From the NCBI GenBank assembly GCA_030606485.1, contig JAUWGH010000008.1, forward strand, positions 90,001 through 122,000: a stretch of DNA of 32,000 bases, given 5' to 3'. The translations under genes and the position numbers were made by a program. The DNA is from Promethearchaeota archaeon (GTDB lineage: Archaea > Asgardarchaeota > Lokiarchaeia > Sigyniarchaeales > SOKP01). Of this stretch, positions 10,552 through 18,095 are shown piece after piece. How positions within the stretch are numbered: position 1 is the first letter of the stretch; every line of letters begins with the position of its first letter. Under the pieces are notes generated by a model, which did no database searches, had not been told where the DNA came from, and saw only the letters and a list, made by a program, of their open reading frames with translations.

Positions 10552-10678
10552 AACAAGTGGAATATTTTCTCCATCAATTTTACAAAAAATACAATCCCCT
10601 CCTAAACCCTTTTATTTTAATTATAAGAAAACAAGTAAAAATTAGTATAGAATTTAAACCCATTTTTTATTAAATTAT

Positions 10679-11524
10679 TTAATGTCCTTCAAATATTGAA
10701 TCTCGTTTTTCTTTTAAAGCTTGCATTGATTCCTTAAGATCATAAGAAGTCATGGCTTTTCTCAATCCTCTATTTTCTAAATCCAAAGTTCTTTCTAAGA
10801 TATCCTTAAAATAAGAATGCATAGTTTTTTTCATCAATTTTATTGATAGGCTTGGACCTTTTGGAGGTATCAATCTCAAGGCAATGTCTCTAGTGTATGG
10901 CATTAATTCATCCGGTGGAAGAACTTTATTAATACCTAAACCCATTTCATATGCTTGTTTAGCTGTTATTTTATCTCCAAAATAGATAATTTCTTTAGTC
11001 TTTTGAAATCCTAAATAAAAAGGCAAAATAAAATTCATTCCAAATTCAGGTATAGCAGCTCTTTTTACAAAATAAAAACCTAACCAAGCATCTTCCGACA
11101 TATAAATCAAATCTGCCCCAACTAATGACATTGTTATGCCTGCCCCTACAGCTAGACCATTAATAGCTGCAATAACTGGCTTAGTAAAATTCCAAAATTT
11201 CATGCACAGTTTTTTTTGGGCAATATCCATTATATTAAGTTCCTTTTTAATTTCTGGAGGAATTTCATCAAGAAATTTCAAATTAAAATAGCCACCTGAG
11301 GAGTAGGCATTGGCTTCTTTACATCCAGTCATTATTAAGACTTTTGTATTGCGATCTTTTTCCATATCATCCAATACAGTGTAAATTTCTAAAAAAGTTA
11401 AAAAAGATAAAGCGTTCTTTCTTTCAGGTCTGTTGAAAGTAAGTGTACAAATACCATTTTCTTCTTTTTCATAAGTAATATCTCTAAAATCCTCAATCTT
11501 CAATTCGAAAACACCATTTTTCAT
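10679..11524 (-). CDS. Enoyl-CoA hydratase/isomerase (crotonase) family, probably isomerase-type
   Basis: 281 aa. TFNRPERKNAL, YSSGG, KPVIAAINGLAVGAG. The two hydratase glutamates appear replaced (GAGITM, GFYF), and a single acidic residue sits in IPEFG, as in PaaG/ECI-like isomerases. Confidence 0.88.
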   Translation of the reverse strand: MKNGVFELKIEDFRDITYEKEENGICTLTFNRPERKNALSFLTFLEIYTVLDDMEKDRNTKVLIMTGCKEANAYSSGGYFNLKFLDEIPPEIKKELNIMDIAQKKLCMKFWNFTKPVIAAINGLAVGAGITMSLVGADLIYMSEDAWLGFYFVKRAAIPEFGMNFILPFYLGFQKTKEIIYFGDKITAKQAYEMGLGINKVLPPDELMPYTRDIALRLIPPKGPSLSIKLMKKTMHSYFKDILERTLDLENRGLRKAMTSYDLKESMQALKEKRDSIFEGH

Positions 11525-11576
11525 TTAAGATTTTTTAATGTTAATTTAGTATCATCTTTTTGATTTTTAAATATAA

Positions 11577-12662
11577 TTATTCGATTACATTTTCCTCGAA
11601 CATTTTTTTGTTTATTTCAACGCCTAAACCTGGTTTTTCCAACGCTTTTACGATTCCTTTTTCAACCTTTATTGGTTCTTCAAGTATTTGATATTCATCT
11701 GGAATGAATGGATATTCTAACCATGGACATCTTGATGCCATTACAAAATGGATATTAGCAGCTAAAATATGCCCCATACCAAAAACATGGGGGATACAGC
11801 GGATTCCTTTAACTTCAGCCATCGCATCAATTTTTTTCAATTGCAAATAACCTCCACTACGAGTTACATCAGGTTGAATTATGTCATACGCTCCTTTAGT
11901 AAGAATTTCATCGAATCGATACATTCCGAAATCATTTTCTCCACCAGCAATCTCCACAGGTGATTTCCTCCTTAGTTCAGCAAGTCCATTAAGATTATCA
12001 GAAGTTAATGGTTCTTCGAGCCATGTGATGTTATATTTTTCACAAATTTTCGCGATTTTTAGGGCTTCATTAACGGTTTCATAACCTGAATTTGCATCAA
12101 CCATTATTTCAATATCTGGAAAAACATCTCTTACCGTCTTTATAAGTGCCTCATCCTTTTCAGGAGTTTTTCCAATCCTTAACTTAACTGCATTAAATCC
12201 CCCCAAATCTAATGCAGCTTGAATTGCGCCTACAGCAGCCCTAGGATTTTTGTATGGTCTAAACAATGATGCATAAGCCCTTACCTTTTTCTTCATCCCT
12301 CCTAGAAGACGATAAATAGGAGTCTTTACAGCTTTTCCCACTAAATCCCAGAGAGCTACTTGTATGACCGATGTAGCCATAGGAATACCAAATAGAATTC
12401 TGTTACTTGTATGGTAAATTGTATGAAAGATATCCTCAATCATAAAAGGATCTTTTTTTAATAATAGAGGTTTTAAAGCCTCATCAATAAAGCGCTTTTG
12501 GGCACTATTTGACAAGTTCCAATGAGATAACCCCCATCCTTCAATACCCTCATCGGTCTTGATATTTACATATAAACCAGTAGCTTTTAGGGATGGCATT
12601 GCACCAATTTTAATCTTAAAATCTAATTGTAATACATGCGTTTGAACATCTGTTATTATCAT
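11577..12662 (-). CDS. Mandelate racemase/muconate lactonizing enzyme family (MR subgroup, probable acid dehydratase/racemase)
   Basis: 361 aa. ALWDLVGK, KLRIG (KxR), metal ligands in MVDAN / WLEEP / GGEN, QPD...PH dyad. Confidence 0.9.
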   Translation of the reverse strand: MIITDVQTHVLQLDFKIKIGAMPSLKATGLYVNIKTDEGIEGWGLSHWNLSNSAQKRFIDEALKPLLLKKDPFMIEDIFHTIYHTSNRILFGIPMATSVIQVALWDLVGKAVKTPIYRLLGGMKKKVRAYASLFRPYKNPRAAVGAIQAALDLGGFNAVKLRIGKTPEKDEALIKTVRDVFPDIEIMVDANSGYETVNEALKIAKICEKYNITWLEEPLTSDNLNGLAELRRKSPVEIAGGENDFGMYRFDEILTKGAYDIIQPDVTRSGGYLQLKKIDAMAEVKGIRCIPHVFGMGHILAANIHFVMASRCPWLEYPFIPDEYQILEEPIKVEKGIVKALEKPGLGVEINKKMFEENVIE

Positions 12663-12693
12663 ATTTTTTCTAAATCAACGGGAATTATTTAAT

Positions 12694-14115
12694 TTATTGT
12701 GATGAAATAAATTGATTATATTCATACATCATTTTTAAGGCCGTAATAGCTTCTTTTACTCGGTTCATTACTGGAATTTGAAATCTCAATGCTGGTTTTA
12801 ATATATAATCAAACACCCACCGAGAACCAAAAACACAAATAATGCAAGGCTTTTTAAATTTAGAGGAAAGATTTTTTATAATTCTTAATGATGGCATAAT
12901 GCTTACACCTAGCAATTCTAAGGGTAATCTTGGTACAGTAAAAAGGAACAATACACTATCAACATTATTGTCGTTGAAAATTGCCTTTAATGTAGGATTA
13001 AGAGTAATCATTTGAGATGGTCCTAGATCTACCGGATTTTTTAATGACACCCAATCGGGAGCCACTGCTCTCATCGATTGAATTGTATTTTCCCCAAGTT
13101 CAGCAAGAATAAGTCCTTGTTTTTCTAACTCATCGCATGCCAAAATTCCGATACTACCAGAGCCGGTTATAATGGCTACATTTTTTCCCCTAGGTAAAGG
13201 TTGTATAGCAAAAACTTGAGCAATATTAAACATCTCATAAAAATTATCTACTCGAAAAATACATGGATATTGCTTAAAGATAGCGTCAAATATCCGATCA
13301 TTACCAGCTAATGACCCAGTATGACTTTTAATTGCGTTAGAACCCAATTCACTTCTCCCATTTTTAAGAATTATAATTGGTTTTGTTATTTTTTTCAAGA
13401 CTTCGATAAAAGCATCACCTCTCTTTACTCCTTCTAGGTAAATGGTTATCACTTTAGTATCTGGATCATTTTCAAAATATTCTATCATATCAATTTCATC
13501 GACATCAATCTTGTTCCCTAGCGTTACAACCTTTGAGAAACCAATTTTCTGACCTACACTAGCCCAATCAATAAATACATTTCCTAAAACACCAGATTGA
13601 GCAATGATTGCAATATTACCTTTCACCGTTTTTGAAAAATCTACATCAGAACTAGTGAATTCATTATAAAAATTCGTAACACCTACACAATTAGGACCAA
13701 TTATACGAATATTAGAACTTTTAACGATTTCCTCTAATTCCTCTTGATATTTAATGTATTTCTTAATACCTGTTTCTGCAAAACCAGCTGTTTCTATTAT
13801 TATTCCTTTTACATGCTTATCTACGCAATCTCTTACAGCTTGAACTACACTCTCATTTCCTACTAAAATTATTGCTAAATCAATATTATCAGGAATATCC
13901 TTTATGTTTTTATATGCTTTATGTCCAAAAATTTTATCTTTATATAAATGAACTGGGTATGTCTTAAATTTTGAATTTAATAGATATTTTGTATTCCAAA
14001 ATCCAAATCTTGGAGAATCCGAAGCTCCAATTATTGCAATCGAGTTGGGAGCAAAAAATAAATTTAAGTTATTACATTCTGAATTATCGTTATTATGTTT
14101 AATTTCCTTCTCCAT
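12694..14115 (-). CDS. ADP-forming acyl-CoA synthetase alpha subunit (CoA-binding, AcdA-like)
   Basis: 473 aa. PNSIAIIGAS, AGFAE, IIGPNCVG, AQSG, LGNKID, YLEG, SHTGSLAG (phospho-His), NPVDL. No beta subunit in the window. Confidence 0.85.
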   Translation of the reverse strand: MEKEIKHNNDNSECNNLNLFFAPNSIAIIGASDSPRFGFWNTKYLLNSKFKTYPVHLYKDKIFGHKAYKNIKDIPDNIDLAIILVGNESVVQAVRDCVDKHVKGIIIETAGFAETGIKKYIKYQEELEEIVKSSNIRIIGPNCVGVTNFYNEFTSSDVDFSKTVKGNIAIIAQSGVLGNVFIDWASVGQKIGFSKVVTLGNKIDVDEIDMIEYFENDPDTKVITIYLEGVKRGDAFIEVLKKITKPIIILKNGRSELGSNAIKSHTGSLAGNDRIFDAIFKQYPCIFRVDNFYEMFNIAQVFAIQPLPRGKNVAIITGSGSIGILACDELEKQGLILAELGENTIQSMRAVAPDWVSLKNPVDLGPSQMITLNPTLKAIFNDNNVDSVLFLFTVPRLPLELLGVSIMPSLRIIKNLSSKFKKPCIICVFGSRWVFDYILKPALRFQIPVMNRVKEAITALKMMYEYNQFISSQ

Positions 14116-14332
14116 ACTTTTTTTAATATTTTCACGTTTAATAATTAATTGATATATCGATTAAATTCAGATATTTTATTTTCCATTAAATTTTTAAAAA
14201 CTTTTAAACAATATACCTTTTTAATCCATAACAAATAATAATTTATTATTTAAATCTGAAAGCTAATTAGAAATTATTAAATTAAAATAATTATAGAGAA
14301 TAATGGAGGTATTTTACAAAAAGGTGTAAAAA

Positions 14333-16261
14333 ATGTCTGAAATTCGCATTGGAGTATTTGTTTGCAGATGAGGAATAAATATTGCGGGGATATTAGATGT
14401 TCCAAAAATTGTCGATGAAATAGGTAAAATGGAGAATGTTTGGTCTTGGGAGTATTTAAATATATGTACAGATCCAGGAGCGACCTTTATTATTGAAAAG
14501 ATTAAAGATCTCGAGTTAGATCGGGTTGTAGTTTCAGCTTGAACACCAATAACACATCAACCGGTTTTTCATAGTGTCTTAGAGGATGCAGATTTACCAC
14601 CACGATTTCTTCAATTTGTTAATATTAGAGAACACTGCAGCTATGTCCATCAACAAGAACCAGAAATGGCTACACAAAAAGCGATTGAATTAATTAAGGC
14701 AGGCATTGCAAGAGCTGAGGTTTTAGAAGATATACCAACTAAAACAGTTCCAGTAGAGAAAGCAGCATTAGTAGTTGGTGGAGGAATAGCGGGATTGACA
14801 GCCAGTATTGATTTAGCAAATGAAGGGTTCAAGGTATACCTTGTTGAGAAAAAATCCACCACTGGTGGAAGAATGGCTCAATTGGATCGAACCTTTCCAA
14901 CCGATGATTGTTCCATATGAATTCTCGGACCTAAAATGTTGGCAGCCAATAGAAATCCAAATATTACGACAATGACAATGGCCGAAGTTTTAGAAGTGGA
15001 TGGCTATATTGGTAATTTTTCCGTTAAGGTGCGTAAGAATCCAAGATATGTTTACGAAGATATCTGTACTGGTTGTGGTGCATGTTCAGATGTATGTCCC
15101 ATATATATGCCAAATTATTTTGATGAAAATCTCTCGGCTAGAAAATGTATAGATGTAGCTTTTGCACAAGCAGTTCCTGCAGTTTGGGATCTTCAAACTG
15201 ATTGGTGTGTAGAATGTTACGCTTGTGTTGATTCTTGTGATGTTCATTGTATTGATTTAAGTCAAGAACCCGAAATTGTTGAATTTGAAGTAGGAACAAT
15301 TATTATTGCTACTGGTTGGGATATATATGAACCAGAAGAATATGGCTACGGAAAATATGATAATGTTATTACACAAATTCAACTTGAAAGAATTATCGCT
15401 CCGAATGGTCCAACTCTTGGACACTTAAAGCGGCCATCTGATGGAAAGAGACCAAAAAATATTTTGTTCATAAATTGTGTTGGGTCTAGAAATGAAGAGC
15501 ATCCATGGTGCAGTAATGTGTGTTGTTTATTGTCGATTAAAAATTCGAAATTAATCAAATCAGAATATCCAGATTCTAATATTGTAGTATCATATATCGA
15601 TATGAGATGTGCTGGAAAAGCATATGAAGAGTACTACAAACGCTCTAGAGACGCTGGAATCATGTTTATAAATGGGAAAGTGGGAACTTTACGAGAAAAT
15701 CCAGAAACAAAAAATCTCATTGCTACTATGGAGTCAATCGGAACTGGGGGTATTATTGAATATGAAGCCGATTTAGTGGTATTATCTTCGGCATCGCTAC
15801 CCTCAGCAGGTACAAATGAAATTGCAAATATTTTAAAGGTAGAAAAAAGTCCGAGTGGATTTTTAAAAGAATTCCACTCAAGACTTGATCCAATTGAGAC
15901 AAAAATAACTGGGATTTATATTTGTGGTTCGTGTCAAGGACAAAAAGATATCGGTGCAACTGTTAATCAAGCAAGAGGTGCAGCACAAGCTGCCTCAATC
16001 CCAATGACTGCTGGAGAATATACAATAGAATTAATTCGTGCACAAGCAAATGATGAACGTTGTGCCAAATGTTATAAATGTATTGAAACATGTCCTTATA
16101 GCGCTATATCAGTTGATGAAGCAGGGAAAATCGTAGTTGACCTTATTAATTGTAAAGGTTGTGGTATGTGTGCAGCAGTTTGTCCATCGATTGCTATAGA
16201 ATTACGTTATTATAGAGATTATCAATATAACGCAATTATTGATACATTATTTGAAGCGTAA
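14333..16261 (+). CDS. hdrA: Heterodisulfide reductase subunit A (flavin-based electron-bifurcating subunit), selenoprotein with 3 Sec, 642 aa
   Basis: One continuous frame from ATG 14333 (AGGTG RBS at 14322-14326) to TAA 16259-16261. In-frame TGA at 14369-14371 (codon 13, VFVCR-U-GINIAG), 14540-14542 (codon 70, VVSA-U-TP..HQ) and 14918-14920 (codon 196, FPTDDCSI-U-ILGPKM), each where HdrA has a conserved Cys. Also VVGGGIAG, two ferredoxin inserts, QLER and CSNVCCLLSIK. Merges track ORFs 14666-14920 and 14936-16261. Confidence 0.93.
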
Positions 16262-16279
16262 ACATAAAGAGGTAAAAAA

Positions 16280-16708
16280 ATGAGTTCTGATATAAAAATT
16301 GCGTCTTTTATGTGTTGGAAATGAGGGTATGGGGCGGGTGACATGGCGGGTACAATTCGAGCGCAATATCCGACTACAATTAGAGCAATATTAGTACCTT
16401 GCGCAGGAAGAGTTGGCTCTGAATTAATAATGAGAGCTATTGGTCAAGGTGCGGATGGTATTTTAATAGTTGGATGACACCCAGGTGAATGTGACTATGA
16501 AATCGGTAATAAACTGGCATACAGAGAAGTTGAATATATTAATCAAGTTCTAAATGTACTGGGTCTCTCAGATAAAAGAGTAAAGATGGAATATTGTAGT
16601 TCTGCAGAAGGGCAAAAATTTCAGCAAGTAGCAATTAATTTCGACAAGCTTATACGAAATCTTGGGAAAAATCCCCTTAATAAGAAAAGTTCCGACAAGA
16701 ATGAATAA
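16280..16708 (+). CDS. vhuD: Hydrogenase iron-sulfur subunit delta (MvhD/VhuD), selenoprotein with 2 Sec, 142 aa
   Basis: Absent from the ORF track. ATG 16280 (GAGGT RBS) to TAA 16706-16708: MSSDIKIASFMCWK-U-GYGAGDMAGTIRAQYPTTIRAILVPCAGRV...GADGILIVG-U-HPGECDYEIGN...YCSSAEGQKF...LGKNPL. TGA at 16322-16324 (codon 15) and 16475-16477 (codon 66), both at [2Fe-2S] Cys-ligand positions of MvhD. Confidence 0.93.
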
Positions 16709-16759
16709 TACGAGAAAATTTTAGTCGTGTTATGACTACCTGTTGCAGAGGTGTTGGAA
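16690..16759 (+). promoter_or_regulatory. Eukaryote-like SECIS element (selenocysteine insertion RNA structure)
   Basis: AUGA (16701-16704), then a 9-bp stem AUAAUACGA/UCGUGUUAU (16705-16713 with 16725-16733), an apical loop GAAAAUUUUAG and GA (16734-16735). Lower stem is CGACA/UGUUG (16693-16697 with 16741-16745) or UUCCGACA/UGUUGGAA (16690-16697 with 16752-16759). Lies at the 3' end of two TGA-containing genes. Confidence 0.82.
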
Positions 16760-16880
16760 ATAAAAAGTTTTTTAAAAAATATATAGAAATTTGTTCAAAA
16801 ATTAAATTGGAAAAAATAACGTTAAAAGATTCATAAAATTAAAAGTTAGGTTAATATTTATCTAAAGAAATATAAAATTC

Positions 16881-18017
16881 GTGATATTCATGGAGCCAAT
16901 GGAAGAATTACTGATAAAATATGATGATGTTAAGAGTATAATGGCAACGTTATTAAAAGAGAAAATAGTTTCTAAAATCATTAGTGGAGAAATTAAAAAA
17001 GGACATTTTAATGTATCCCCGAAATTGGTTTCAAAACTTGAAGAATTAGAAGATTTGCCACTTTCTCAACTCATTTCTTATGGTTATGCTCGAACCGATA
17101 GTGCATCTAAATTTTTACATAAAAATGCAAATGGCGCATTAGACGAAAAAGTTGGACTTATTGCTCGTCCTTGCGATACAAGAGCGATAATTGAACTTAT
17201 TAAATTACATCAAATCAATCCTGATAATTTATTTATTATTGCAATTGAAGATATGGGGATGATCCCGTCTTCAATGATTACAAGGATATTTAACAAAAGA
17301 AAGGAGTTTGATCAGAGTAAAATTATTCGGGATAAATTAACCGCTGAAAATCTTACCCTTATTTTAGATGGTGGGAGTTTAGAGGTTTTAGAGTTTAATG
17401 AAAATTTAAAAATAGCAGATAACTGTTTGAGATGCCTAAGAAAAGTTCCTGTTATGGGTGATTTATCGATAAGTGATATCGGAATCTCTGTAAAATCAGA
17501 TGATTTGATATTGCGTGTTTATTCTGAGAAGGGAAAGTCTGCTGTTGAGAAAGCTGGAATCAAAACCAGAAAAATTCCCGATGACCTAAAAAATCACAAT
17601 TCTGAAAGAGTAGAGACTATTTTAAAAAATGCTGAAGAAAAACGCACTAAAGATTTGGAAGAATGGAAAACTATGAATCAAGATGAAAAATTGGAAATGT
17701 TAAACAAATGCACTATGTGTGGTCTCTGCATTCGAGGTTGCCCCGTATGTTACTGCATTGATTGTATTTTAATGCAAAAACGAAAGGAAAAAACAATTAA
17801 TAATATTACATTTCAATTAACCCGCGTTGCACATGTCGCTGACAGATGTGTAGAATGTGGTAATTGTGCCAATAATTGTCCAATGAACTTACCATTATCT
17901 GAATACTTCCAATCATTAATTGAAACATTTAAAGAGAAATTTAATTATATTGCTGGAGAATCAGTTGATGATATTCCATTCCGTTCAGGAAAAGCAATTA
18001 AGGAAATGGAATTATAA
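16881..18017 (+). CDS. FdhB/FrhB-family (F420-dehydrogenase beta subunit-like) iron-sulfur protein with C-terminal 4Fe-4S dicluster
   Basis: 378 aa. ARPCD..AIIEL....QI..DN, NCLRC, CTMCGLCIRGCPVCYCIDC, FQLTRVAHVADRCVECGNCANNCP. Confidence 0.8.
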   Translation: MIFMEPMEELLIKYDDVKSIMATLLKEKIVSKIISGEIKKGHFNVSPKLVSKLEELEDLPLSQLISYGYARTDSASKFLHKNANGALDEKVGLIARPCDTRAIIELIKLHQINPDNLFIIAIEDMGMIPSSMITRIFNKRKEFDQSKIIRDKLTAENLTLILDGGSLEVLEFNENLKIADNCLRCLRKVPVMGDLSISDIGISVKSDDLILRVYSEKGKSAVEKAGIKTRKIPDDLKNHNSERVETILKNAEEKRTKDLEEWKTMNQDEKLEMLNKCTMCGLCIRGCPVCYCIDCILMQKRKEKTINNITFQLTRVAHVADRCVECGNCANNCPMNLPLSEYFQSLIETFKEKFNYIAGESVDDIPFRSGKAIKEMEL

Positions 18018-18095
18018 AAACTGCATAAAAAAATGATTTTTTTATTAAATTCTTATCTATTATATATCCAGACAGTGAGATAAAGTTGCACCCTG

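Noticed and set aside
14666-16261. Treating track ORFs 14666-14920 and 14936-16261 as separate genes or an hdrA pseudogene
   Set aside because: They share one frame with the upstream ATG 14333, all breaks are TGA at Cys positions, and a SECIS is present. Random decay would not give only TGA-at-Cys.
14333-16708. Genome-wide reassignment of TGA to Cys or Trp
   Set aside because: Other called genes, including the Cys-rich FdhB-like and ferredoxin proteins, contain no in-frame TGA. It is confined to two known selenoprotein families.
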